Shown: in pieces, positions 50,901 through 64,000 of the stretch
Position numbering within the stretch: position 1 is the first letter of the stretch
Layout: every line of letters starts with the position of its first letter
The notes under the pieces: model-generated
Told to the model about the DNA's origin: nothing
Seen by the model: only the letters and a program-made list of their open reading frames with translations
Database searches by the model: none
Source of the DNA: Euprymna scolopes
Lineage: Eukaryota
Length of the DNA: 64,000 nucleotides
Reading direction: 5' to 3' (one strand)
Assembly (NCBI GenBank): GCA_053919585.1
Contig: CM132783.1
Program-made: the position numbers and the translations under genes

Positions 50901-53900
50901 ATCGTATCGACGAAATTGTTCGGGACCATGCCGGGTCGTATCGATGGAATTGTTCGTATCATGTTTGTGATCCTGTCCGATCGTATCGACGAAATTGTTC
51001 GGGACCATTCCGGGTCGTATCGATAAAATTGTTCGCATCATGTTTGTGATCCTGTCCGATCGTATCGACGAAATTGTTCGGGACCATGCCGGGTCGTATC
51101 GATGGAATTGTTCGTATCATGTTTGTGATCCTGTCCGATCGTATCGACGAAATTGTTCGGGACCATGCCGGGTCGTATCGATGGAATTGTTCGCATCATG
51201 TTTGTGATCCTGTCCGATCGTATCGACGAAATTGTTCTGGACCATGCCGGGTCGTATCGATGGAATTGTTCGTATCATGTTTGTGATCCTGTCCGATCGT
51301 ATCGACGAAATTGTTCGGGACCATGCCGGGTCGTATCGATGGAATTGTTCGTATCATGTTTGTGATCCTGTCCGATCGTATCGACGAAATTGTTCGGGAC
51401 CATGCCGGGTCGTATCGATGGAATTGTTCGTATCATGTTTGTGATCCTGTCCGATCGTATCGACGAAATTGTTCGGGACCATGCCGGGTCGTATCGATGG
51501 AATTGTTCGCATCATGTTTGTGATCCTGTCCGATCGTATCGACGAAATTGTTCGGGACCATTCCGGGTCGTATCGATGGAATTGTTCGTATCATGTTTGT
51601 GATCCTGTCCGATCGTATCGACGAAATTGTTCGGGACCATGCCGGGTCGTATCGATGGAATTGTTCGTATCATGTTTGTGATCCTGTCCGATCGTATCGA
51701 CGAAATTGTTCGGGACCATTCCGGGTCGTATCGATAAAATTGTTCGCATCATGTTTGTGATCCTGTCCGATCGTATCGACGAAATTGTTCGGGACCATGC
51801 CGGGTCGTATCGATGGAATTGTTCGTATCATGTTTGTGATCCTGTCCGATCGTATCGACGAAATTGTTCGGGACCATGCCGGGTCGTATCGATGGAATTG
51901 TTCGCATCATGTTTGTGATCCTGTCCGATCGTATCGACGAAATTGTTCGGGACCATGCCGGGTCGTATCGATGGAATTGTTCGTATCATGTTTGTGATCC
52001 TGTCCGATCGTATCGACGAAATTGTGCGGGACCATGCCGGGTCGTATCGATGGAATTGTTCGTATCATGTTTGTGATCCTGTCCGATCGTATCGACGAAA
52101 TTGTTCGGGACCATGCCGGGTCGTATCGATGGAATTGTTCGTATCATGTTTGTGATCCTGTCCGATCGTATCGACGAAATTGTTCGGGACCATTCCGGGT
52201 CGTATCGATAAAATTGTTCGCATCATGTTTGTGATCCTGTCCGATCGTATCGACGAAATTGTTCGGGACCATGCCGGGTCGTATCGATGGAATTGTTCGT
52301 ATCATGTTTGTGATCCTGTCCGATCGTATCGACGAAATTGTTCGGGACCATGCCGGGTCGTATCGATGGAATTGTTCGCATCATGTTTGTGATCCTGTCC
52401 GATCGTATCGACGAAATTGTTCGGGACCATGCCGGGTCGTATCGATGGAATTGTTCGTATCATGTTTGTGATCCTGTCCGATCGTATCGACGAAATTGTG
52501 CGGGACCATGCCGGGTCGTATCGATGGAATTGTTCGTATCATGTTTGTGATCCTGTCCGATCGTATCGACGAAATTGTTCGGGACCATTCCGGGTCGTAT
52601 CGATAAAATTGTTCGCATCATGTTTGTGATCCTGTCCGATCGTATCGACGAAATTGTTCGGGACCATGCCGGGTCGTATCGATGGAATTGTTCGTATCAT
52701 GTTTGTGATCCTGTCCGATCGTATCGACGAAATTGTTCGGGACCATGCCGGGTCGTATCGATGGAATTGTTCGCATCATGTTTGTGATCCTGTCCGATCG
52801 TATCGACGAAATTGTTCGGGACCATGCCGGGTCGTATCGATGGAATTGTTCGTATCATGTTTGTGATCCTGTCCGATCGTATCGACGAAATTGTGCGGGA
52901 CCATGCCGGGTCGTATCGATGGAATTGTTCGTATCATGTTTGTGATCCTGTCCGATCGTATCGACGAAATTGTTCGGGACCATGCCGGGTCGTATCGATG
53001 GAATTGTTCGTATCATGTTTGTGATCCTGTCCGATCGTATCGACGAAAGTGTTCGGGACCATGCCGGGTCGTATCGATGGAATTGTTCGCATCATGTTTG
53101 TGATCCTGTCCGATCGTATCGACGAAATTGTTCGGGACCATGCCGGGTCGTATCGATGGAATTGTTCGTATAATGTTTGTGATCCTGTCCGATCGTATCG
53201 ACGAAATTGTTCGGGACCATGCCGGGTCGTATCGATGGAATTGTTCGTATCATGTTTGTGATCCTGTCCGATCGTATCGACGAAATTGTTCGGGACCATG
53301 CCGGGTCGTATCGATGGAATTGTTCGTATCATGTTTGTGATCCTGTCCGATCGTATCGACGAAATTGTTCGGGACCATGCCGGGTCGTATCGATGGAATT
53401 GTTCGTATCATGTTTGTGATCCTGTCCGATCGTATCGACGAAATTGTTCGGGACCATGCCGGGTCGTATCGATGGAATTGTTCGTATCATGTTTGTGATC
53501 CTGTCCGATCGTATCGACGAAATTGTTCGGGACCATGCCGGGTCGTATCGATGGAATTGTTCGTATCATGTTTGTGATCCTGTCCGATCGTATCGACGAA
53601 ATTGTTCGGGACCATTCCGGGTCGTATCGATAAAATTGTTCGCATCATGTTTGTGATCCTGTCCGATCGTATCGACGAAATTGTTCGGGACCATGCCGGG
53701 TCGTATCGATGGAATTGTTCGTATCATGTTTGTGATCCTGTCCGATCGTATCGACGAAATTGTTCGGGACCATGCCGGGTCGTATCGATGGAATTGTTCG
53801 CATCATGTTTGTGATCCTGTCCGATCGTATCGACGAAATTGTTCTGGACCATGCCGGGTCGTATCGATGGAATTGTTCGTATCATGTTTGTGATCCTGTC

Positions 53901-56900
53901 CGATCGTATCGACGAAATTGTTCGGGACCATGCCGGGTCGTATCGATGGAATTGTTCGTATCATGTTTGTGATCCTGTCCGATCGTATCGACGAAATTGT
54001 TCGGGACCATGCCGGGTCGTATCGATGGAATTGTTCGTATCATGTTTGTGATCCTGTCCGATCGTATCGACGAAATTGTTCGGGACCATGCCGGGTCGTA
54101 TCGATGGAATTGTTCGCATCATGTTTGTGATCCTGTCCGATCGTATCGACGAAATTGTTCGGGACCATTCCGGGTCGTATCGATGGAATTGTTCGTATCA
54201 TGTTTGTGATCCTGTCCGATCGTATCGACGAAATTGTTCGGGACCATGCCGGGTCGTATCGATGGAATTGTTCGTATCATGTTTGTGATCCTGTCCGATC
54301 GTATCGACGAAATTGTTCGGGACCATTCCGGGTCGTATCGATAAAATTGTTCGCATCATGTTTGTGATCCTGTCCGATCGTATCGACGAAATTGTTCGGG
54401 ACCATGCCGGGTCGTATCGATGGAATTGTTCGTATCATGTTTGTGATCCTGTCCGATCGTATCGACGAAATTGTTCGGGACCATGCCGGGTCGTATCGAT
54501 GGAATTGTTCGCATCATGTTTGTGATCCTGTCCGATCGTATCGACGAAATTGTTCGGGACCATGCCGGGTCGTATCGATGGAATTGTTCGTATCATGTTT
54601 GTGATCCTGTCCGATCGTATCGACGAAATTGTGCGGGACCATGCCGGGTCGTATCGATGGAATTGTTCGTATCATGTTTGTGATCCTGTCCGATCGTATC
54701 GACGAAATTGTTCGGGACCATTCCGGGTCGTATCGATAAAATTGTTCGCATCATGTTTGTGATCCTGTCCGATCGTATCGACGAAATTGTTCGGGACCAT
54801 GCCGGGTCGTATCGATGGAATTGTTCGTATCATGTTTGTGATCCTGTCCGATCGTATCGACGAAATTGTTCGGGACCATGCCGGGTCGTATCGATGGAAT
54901 TGTTCGCATCATGTTTGTGATCCTGTCCGATCGTATCGACGAAATTGTTCGGGACCATGCCGGGTCGTATCGATGGAATTGTTCGTATCATGTTTGTGAT
55001 CCTGTCCGATCGTATCGACGAAATTGTGCGGGACCATGCCGGGTCGTATCGATGGAATTGTTCGTATCATGTTTGTGATCCTGTCCGATCGTATCGACGA
55101 AATTGTTCGGGACCATGCCGGGTCGTATCGATGGAATTGTTCGTATCATGTTTGTGATCCTGTCCGATAGTATCGACGAAATTGTTCGGGACCATGCCGG
55201 GTCGTATCGATGGAATTGTTCGCATCATGTTTGTGATCCTGTCCGATCGTATCGACGAAATTGTTCGGGACCATGCCGGGTCGTATCGATGGAATTGTTC
55301 GTATCATGTTTGTGATCCTGTCCGATCGTATCGACGAAATTGTTCGGGACCATGCCGGGTCGTATCGATGGAATTGTTCGTATCATGTTTGTGATCCTGT
55401 CCGATCGTATCGACGAAATTGTTCGGGACCATGCCGGGTCGTATCGATGGAATTGTTCGTATCATGTTTGTGATCCTGTCCGATCGTATCGACGAAATTG
55501 TTCGGGACCATGCCGGGTCGTATCGATGGAATTGTTCGTATCATGTTTGTGATCCTGTCCGATCGTATCGACGAAATTGTTCGGGACCATGCCGGGTCGT
55601 ATCGATGGAATTGTTCGTATCATGTTTGTGATCCTGTCCGATCGTATCGACGAAATTGTTCGGGACCATGCCGGGTCGTATTGATGGAATTGTTCGTATC
55701 ATGTTTGTGATCCTGTCCGATCGTATCGACGAAATTGTTCGGGACCATTCTGGGTCGTATCGATAAAATTGTTCGCATCATGTTTGTGATCCTGTCCGAT
55801 CGTATCGACGAAATTGTTCGGGACCATGCCGGGTCGTATCGATGGAATTGTTCGCATCATGTTTGTGATCCTGTCCGATCGTATCGACGAAATTGTTCGG
55901 GACCATGCCGGGTCGTATCGATGGAATTGTTCGCATCATGTTTGTGATCCTGTCCGATCGTATCGACGAAATTGTTCGGGACCATGCCGGGTCGTATCGA
56001 TGGAATTGTTCGTATCATGTTTGTGATCCTGTCCGATCGTATCGACGAAATTGTGCGGGACCATGCCGGGTCGTATCGATAGAATTGTTCGTATCATGTT
56101 TGTGATCCTGTCCGATCGTATCGACGAAATTGTTCGGGACCATTCCGGGTCGTATCGATAAAATTGTTCGCATCATGTTTGTGATCCTGTCCGATCGTAT
56201 CGACGAAATTGTTCGGGACCATGCCGGGTCGTATCGATGGAATTGTTCGTATCATGTTTGTGATCCTGTCCGATCGTATCGACGAAATTGTTCGGGACCA
56301 TGCCGGGTCGTATCGATGGAATTGTTCGCATCATGTTTGTGATCCTGTCCGATCGTATCGACGAAATTGTTCGGGACCATGCCGGGTCGTATCGATGGAA
56401 TTGTTCGTATCATGTTTGTGATCCTGTCCGATCGTATCGACGAAATTGTGCGGGACCATGCCGGGTCGTATCGATGGAATTGTTCGTATCATGTTTGTGA
56501 TCCTGTCCGATCGTATCGACGAAATTGTTCGGGACCATGCCGGGTCGTATCGATGGAATTGTTCGTATCATGTTTGTGATCCTGTCCGATCGTATCGACG
56601 AAATTGTTCGGGACCATGCCGGGTCGTATCGATGGAATTGTTCGCATCATGTTTGTGATCCTGTCCGATCGTATCGACGAAATTGTTCGGGACCATGCCG
56701 GGTCGTATCGATGGAATTGTTCGTATCATGTTTGTGATCCTGTCCGATCGTATCGACGAAATTGTTCGGGACCATGCCGGGTCGTATCGATGGAATTGTT
56801 CGTATCATGTTTGTGATCCTGTCCGATCGTATCGACGAAATTGTTCGGGACCATGCCGGGTCGTATCGATGGAATTGTTCGTATCATGTTTGTGATCCTG

Positions 56901-59900
56901 TCCGATCGTATCGACGAAATTGTTCGGGACCATGCCGGGTCGTATCGATGGAATTGTTCGTATCATGTTTGTGATCCTGTCCGATCGTATCGACGAAATT
57001 GTTCGGGACCATGCCGGGTCGTATCGATGGAATTGTTCGCATCATGTTTGTGATCCTGTCCGATCGTATCGACGAAATTGTTCGGGACCATGCCGGGTCG
57101 TATCGATGGAATTGTTCGTATCATGTTTGTGATCCTGTCCGATCGTATCGACGAAATTGTTCGGGACCATGCCGGGTCGTATCGATGGAATTGTTCGTAT
57201 CATGTTTGTGATCCTGTCCGATCGTATCGACGAAATTGTTCGGGACCATGCCGGGTCGTATCGATGGAATTGTTCGCATCATGTTTGTGATCCTGTCCGA
57301 TCGTATCGACGAAATTGTTCGGGACCATGCCGGGTCGTATCGATGGAATTGTTCGCATCATGTTTGTGATCCTGTCCGATCGTATCGACGAAATTGTTCG
57401 GGACCATGCCGGGTCGTATCGATGGAATTGTTCGCATCATGTTTGTGATCCTGTCCGATCGTATCGACGAAATTGTTCGGGACCATGCCGGGTCGTATCG
57501 ATGGAATTGTTCGTATCATGTTTGTGATCCTGTCCGATCGTATCGACGAAATTGTGCGGGACCATGCCGGGTCGTATCGATGGAATTGTTCGTATCATGT
57601 TTGTGATCCTGTCCGATCGTATCGACGAAATTGTTCGGGACCATGCCGGGTCGTATCGATGGAATTGTTCGTATCATGTTTGTGATCCTGTCCGATCGTA
57701 TCGACGAAATTGTTCGGGACCATGCCGGGTCGTATCGATGGAATTGTTCGCATCATGTTTGTGATCCTGTCCGATCGTATCGACGAAATTGTTCGGGACC
57801 ATGCCGGGTCGTATCGATGGAATTGTTCGTATCATGTTTGTGATCCTGTCCGATCGTATCGACGAAATTGTTCGGGACCATGCCGGGTCGTATCGATGGA
57901 ATTGTTCGTATCATGTTTGTGATCCTGTCCGATCGTATCGACGAAATTGTTCGGGACCATGCCGAGTCGTATCGATGGAATTGTTCGTATCATGTTTGTG
58001 ATCCTGTCCGATCGTATCGACGAAATTGTTCGGGACCATGCCGGGTCGTATCGATGGAATTGTTCGTATCATGTTTGTGATCCTGTCCGATCGTATCGAC
58101 GAAATTGTTCGGGACCATGCCGGGTCGTATCGATGGAATTGTTCGTATCATGTTTGTGATCCTGTCCGATCGTATCGACGAAATTGTTCGGGACCATGCC
58201 GGGTCGTATCGATGGAATTGTTCGCATCATGTTTGTGATCCTGTCCGATCGTATCGACGAAATTGTTCGGGACCATGCCGGGTCGTATCGATGGAATTGT
58301 TCGCATCATGTTTGTGATCCTGTCCGATCGTATCGACGAAATTGTTCGGGACCATGCCGGGTCGTATCGATGGAATTGTTCGTATCATGTTTGTGATCCT
58401 GTCCGATCGTATCGACGAAATTGTTCGGGACCATGCCGGGTCGTATCGATGGAATTGTTCGTATCATGTTTGTGATCCTGTCCGATCGTATCGACGAAAT
58501 TGTTCGGGACCATGCCGGGTCGTATCGATGGAATTGTTCGTATCATGTTTGTGATCCTGTCCGATCGTATCGACGAAATTGTTCGGGACCATGCCGGGTC
58601 GTATCGATTGAATTGTTCGTATCATGTTTGTGATCCTGTCCGATCGTATCGACGAAATTGTTCGGGACCATGCCGGGTCGTATCGATGGAATTGTTCGCA
58701 TCATGTTTGTGATCCTGTCCGATCGTATCGACGAAATTGTTCGGGACCATGCCGGGTCGTATCGATGGAATTGTTCGTATCATGTTTGTGATCCTGTCCG
58801 ATCGTATCGACGAAATTGTTCGGGACCATGCCGGGTCGTATCGATGGAATTGTTCGTATCATGTTTGTGATCCTGTCCGATCGTATCGACGAAATTGTTC
58901 GGGACCATGCCGGGTCGTATCGATGGAATTGTTCGCATCATGTTTGTGATCCTGTCCGATCGTATCGACGAAATTGTTCGGGACCATGCCGGGTCGTATC
59001 GATGGAATTGTTCATATCATGTTTGTGATCCTGTCCGATCGTATCGACGAAATTGTTCGGGACCATGCCGGGTCGTATCGATGGAATTGTTCGCATCATG
59101 TTTGTGATCCTGTCCGATCGTATCGACGAAATTGTTCGGGACCATGCCGGGTCGTATCGATGGAATTGTTCGTATCATGTTTGTAATCCTGTCCGATCGT
59201 ATCGACGAAATTGTTCGGGACCATGCCGGGTCGTATCGATAGAATTGTTCGCATCATGTTTGTGATCCTGTCCGATCGTATCGACGAAATTGTTCGGGAC
59301 CATGCCGGGTCGTATCGATGGAATTGTTCGTATCATGTTTGTGATCCTGTCCGATCGTATCGACGAAATTGTTCGGGACCATGCCGGGTCGTATCGATGG
59401 AATTGTTCGCATCATGTTTGTGATCCTGTCCGATCGTATCGACGAAATTGTTCGGGACCATGCCGGGTCGTATCGATAGAATTGTTCGCATCATGTTTGT
59501 GATCCTGTCCGATCGTATCGACGAAATTGTTCGGGACCATGCCGGGTCGTATCGATGGAATTGTTCGTATCATGTTTGTGATCCTGTCCGATCGTATCGA
59601 CGAAATTGTGCGGGACCATGCCGGGTCGTATCGATGGAATTGTTCGTATCATGTTTGTGATCCTGTCCGATCGTATCGACGAAATTGTTTGGGACCATGC
59701 CGGGTCGTATCGATAGAATTGTTCGCATCATGTTTGTGATCCTGTCCGATCGTATCGACGAAATTGTTCGGGACCATGCCGGGTCGTATCGATAGAATTG
59801 TTCGCATCATGTTTGTTATCCTGTCCGATCGTATCGACGAAATTGTTCGGGACCATGCCGGGTCGTATCGATAGAATTGTTCGCATCATGTTTGTGATCC

Positions 59901-62174
59901 TGTCCGATCGTATCGACGAAATTGTTCGGGACAATGCCGGGTCGTATCGATAAAATTGTTCGCATCATGTTTGTGATCCTGTCCGATCGTATCGACGAAA
60001 TTGTTCGGGACCATGCCGGGTCGTATCGATAGAATTGTTCGCATCATGTTTGTGATCCTGTCCGATCGTATCGACGAAATTGTTCGGGACCATGCCGGGT
60101 CGTATCGATGGAATTGTTCGTATCATGTTTGTGATCCTGTCCGATCGTATCGACGAAATTGTTCGGGACCATGCCGGGTCGTATCGATGGAATTGTTCGT
60201 ATCATGTTTGTGATCTTGTCCGATCGTATCGACGAAATTGTTCGGGACCATTCCGGGTCGTATCGATAAAATTGTTCGCATCATGTTTGTGATCCTGTCC
60301 GATCGTATCGACGAAATTGTTCGGGACCATGCCGGGTCGTATCGATAGAATTGTTCGCATCATGTTTGTGATCCTGTCCGATCGTATCGACGAAATTGTT
60401 CGGGACCATTCCGAGTCGTATCGATAAAATTGTTCGCATCATGTTTGTGATCCTGTCCGATCGTATCGACGAAATTGTTCGGGACCATGCCGGGTCGTAT
60501 CGATAGAATTGTTCGCATCATGTTTGTGATCCTGTCCGATCGTATCGACGAAATTGTTCGGGACCATTCCGGGTCGTATCGATAAAATTGTTTGCATCAT
60601 GTTTGTGATCCTGTCCGATCGTATCGACGAAATTGTTCGGGACCATGCCGGGTCGTATCGATGGAATTGTTCGCATCATGTTTGTGATCCTGTCCGATCG
60701 TATCGACGAAATTGTTCGGGACCATGCCGGGTCGTATCGATGGAATTGTTCGCATCATGTTTGTGATCCTGTCCGATCGTATCGACGAAATTGTTCGGGA
60801 CCATGCCGGGTCGTATCGATGGAATTGTTCGTATCATGTTTGTGATCCTGTCCGATCGTATCGACGAAATTGTTCGGGACCATGCCGGGTCGTATCGATG
60901 GAATTGTTCGCATCATGTTTGTGATCCTGTCCGATCGTATCGACGAAATTGTTCGGGACCATGCCGGGTCGTATCGATGGAATTGTTCGTATCATGTTTG
61001 TGATCCTGTCCGATCGTATCGACGAAATTGTTCGGGACCATTCCGGGTCGTATCGATAAAATTGTTCGCATCATGTTTGTGATCCTGTCCGATCGTATCG
61101 ACGAAATTGTTCGGGACCATGCCGGGTCGTATCGATGGAATTGTTCGTATCATGTTTGTGATCCTGTCCGATCGTATCGACGAAATTGTTCGGGACCATG
61201 CCGGGTCGTATCGATGGAATTGTTCGTATCATGTTTGTGATCCTGTCCGATCGTATCGACGAAATTGTGCGGGACCATGCCGGGTCGTATCGATGGAATT
61301 GTTCGCATCATGTTTGTGATCCTGTCCGATCGTATCGACGAAATTGTTCGGGACCATGCCGGGTCGTATCGATAGAATTGTTCGTATCATGTTTGTGATC
61401 CTGTCCGATCGTATCGACGAAATTGTTCGGGACCATGCCGGGTCGTATCGATGGAATTGTTCGTATCATGTTTGTGATCCTGTCCGATCGTATCGACGAA
61501 ATTGTTCGGGACCATTCCGGGTCGTATCGATAAAATTGTTCGCATCATGTTTGTGATCCTGTCCGATCGTATCGACGAAATTGTTCGGGACCATGCCGGG
61601 TCGTATCGATGGAATTGTTCGTATCATGTTTGTGATCCTGTCCGATCGTATCGACGAAATTGTTCGGGACCATGCCGGGTCGTATCAATGGAATTGTTCG
61701 TATCATGTTTGTGATCCTGTCCGATCGTATCGACGAAATTGTTCGGGACCATGCCGGGTCGTATCGATGGAATTGTTCGTATCATGTTTGTGATCCTGTC
61801 CGATCGTATCGACGAAATTGTTCGGGACCATTCCGGGTCGTATCGATAAAATGTTCGCATCATGTTTGTGATCCTGTCCGATCGTATCGACGAAATTGTT
61901 CGGGACCATGCCGGGTCGTATCGATGGAATTGTTCGTATCATGTTTGTGATCCTGTCCGATCGTATCGACGAAATTGTTCGGGACCATGCCGGGTCGTAT
62001 CGATGGAATTTTTCGCATCATGTTTGTGATCCTGTCCGATCGTATCGACGAAATTGTTCGGGACCATGCCGGGTCGTATCGATGGAATTGTTCGCATCAT
62101 GTTTGTGATCCTGTCCGATCGTATCGATGAAATTGTTCGGGACCGTGTCTGGTCGTATCGATGGTATTGTTCGT
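35985..62174. repeat. 79-bp satellite, ~331 copies; consensus TTGTTCGGGACCATGCCGGGTCGTATCGATGGAATTGTTCGTATCATGTTTGTGATCCTGTCCGATCGTATCGACGAAA
   Basis: The 79-bp phase holds exactly from 36064 to 61660 (324 x 79), with one 1-bp deletion near 61851. The consensus is 48% GC with 9 CpG per unit. Confidence 0.99.
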
Positions 62175-63564
62175 GTGGAGTCGTGTAGACGGAAACGTTA
62201 AGGTTACTTTTGTTGTTCGGTTGACTTGGCGGTTATTGCAGTCGTACTGCCGCGGGCATTAAAAATATTTTTTGTTCTCTTTCTCTTCCCTTGTGATGTA
62301 ACACTTCATAGGGTAAAATCAAACAGTTTAATACAAACGTGAGGACTCATTTAACGCATCTACAACTTATGTAAATTTCTTTTGTGTTCACTTTCTTTCA
62401 TCATGCGATATTTTATTACGGCATGGTATTCATACGCCTCCACTTTTAGAAAGTGCAACCATTGATAGCTCTACCCCGAAATATGCATTTGTGCTAACAA
62501 GTTGAAATATCGGTCAAGAGCAGTTGCATTGGTTCGAAATTATATCAAAGTACCATGTGTAGCAACAATGAACTGACGACTTATTGATTTTCATTACCTA
62601 CATTTTGATTACTGCAGATTTCGTATTTATTATTTCATTATATTGGACATAATATATAGTAATGATTTAAAAAGTTAAAAAAAAAAAAATTACTCGTGCG
62701 CCACCACCCAGAATCGAAATCAAAACGTTTAGCTTACGATTTACTTTTTCCTTTGACTTTAATGAAGACACGTTTGCTGAAGGACAAAAATTTAAACATG
62801 AACCAATAGTGATTACGTTACACATCCATATTCGAAATCTCGTCTTTCAACCTCCACCTGGCAAATTCTTTTTCTTTAATTTTCCCCCTTTGCACCGATT
62901 TTCATCGGCTAAAACCCAGATATAAAGTTTCGCATGGGTTCGAATACCTTATATATTAAGTTTCATGTCTGTAAACAAAAAATTGACACAGAAATTTGGT
63001 AGGCAAAACATTTTAAACAAATATATATATGCATACATAAATATATATATAGAAAGAGGTTTGTGTTTACTATAACCTTTTTACGCAAATATTACACAAG
63101 TATAAATCATGTAGAATATCTTCAAGAATATAATTACACGTAATAGTTAACCAAAGATGATCCTCTCATAAGAAAACCGAAAAAAAAAATAAGAGGGAAT
63201 TAATTAAAGTGAATGTTTAAAAGAATATGCAAATTAGCTATATCTTTTGCAGATGAATGCAATTCCACGACCCATATGTAATAAAGTTGTATTTTCTTTT
63301 TAAATAAATAGAAAAATTGATTTTTAATATGAATATTAATGAACAAAAAAATTATAGGAATATAGATGACATGGTAACTAAACAACCATAGAATTTTTAT
63401 AATGACGTGTCAGTTATAAACAAAAATGTAAAAGATGTCATTGATATTTAAAAATGGTGACACAAATGCATATGGCAAGATATCATTCTAAAAAAGCGTA
63501 ACATCAAGTCCATGCCAACATTTGATTTTTATTACATGACCTTCCATTTCAAAGGGGGTTTAAA

Positions 63565-63634
63565 TCTATAATATAAATCTCACATGTCTGTTTAAATGTA
63601 TGTATGTATGTATGTATGTATGTATGTATGTCTG
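63565..63634 (+). mobile_element. 5' end of a third copy of the non-autonomous Helitron family
   Basis: A|TCTATAATATAAATCTCACATGTCTGTTTAAATG(TATG)n matches the starts at 20632 and 32988. Confidence 0.7.
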
Positions 63635-63719
63635 CGAATGACGAAGGGCGAATGAACTCTTTTTCTGGATCAACGGCCAACTAGCACCGTGTATATTTGT
63701 GTGTGCGTATATGTATATT

Positions 63720-63830
63720 GGGGTGGAGAGGGCTCCCGTAAGCCGTGGTGAAGGCAACCTCTCTAGGAGAAGCAAATCTCTGATTTAAAAAACCATAAAG
63801 CGGAAGACCAGTACCCGCATTAAGCTGGTC
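63720..63830 (+). mobile_element. Possible RTE-type 5'-UTR-derived repeat fragment
   Basis: GGCAACCTCTCTAGGAGAAGCAAATCTCTGATTTAAA resembles a motif I recall from RTE 5' regions. No coding support in the window. Confidence 0.3.
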
Positions 63831-64000
63831 TGCAGTTTAATTTGTTGCTGGCTATCTTGCTCTTGCTTGTTGCTGGATCTCAACATTTGGAACCGAGAGA
63901 GAGACTTAGCTGTCGTACAAAGCTAAGACTCTGTAACATCATCTTTGTATTGATACTCCCTCAGGTATTTGGGCTCATGGATTTTAAATGTCTGAGGGAG

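Noticed and set aside
36064-62108. Hundreds of 70-aa ORFs (MFGTMPGRIDG...) as a tandem gene family
   Set aside because: 79 is not a multiple of 3, so each ORF just cycles through the three frames of the monomer until its single TGA. Starts are TTG, the ORFs overlap each other, and there is no gene structure.
35985-62174. CRISPR-like array (21-bp box alternating with spacers)
   Set aside because: The spacers are the same two sequences repeated rather than unique, there are no cas genes, and the context is eukaryotic.

Overview
AT-rich, repeat-saturated eukaryotic DNA, probably from an invertebrate animal. I can support no intact host protein-coding gene. About 62% of the window is two tandem arrays. 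The first is a ~13.4 kb T-rich 16-bp minisatellite (6325-19695). The second is a ~26.2 kb, highly homogeneous, CpG-rich 79-bp satellite (35985-62174, ~331 copies) with nested higher-order repeats. Nearly all ORFs in the supplied track are translation artefacts of these arrays. The remainder is decayed mobile DNA: five CR1/L2-group LINE copies or fragments, an L1/Tx1-type LINE carrying two TSD-flanked copies of a structured non-tRNA SINE-like element, RTE fragments, a Penelope GIY-YIG remnant near a degenerate hammerhead ribozyme, non-autonomous Helitrons, a Tc1/mariner-type MITE, 5S- and tRNA-derived pseudogenes, microsatellites and two assembly gaps. The best leads are the architecture of the 79-bp satellite, the pseudoknot-rich SINE-like RNA and the hammerhead. 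None is a proven new system from sequence alone. All family assignments come from recalled motifs, not database searches.
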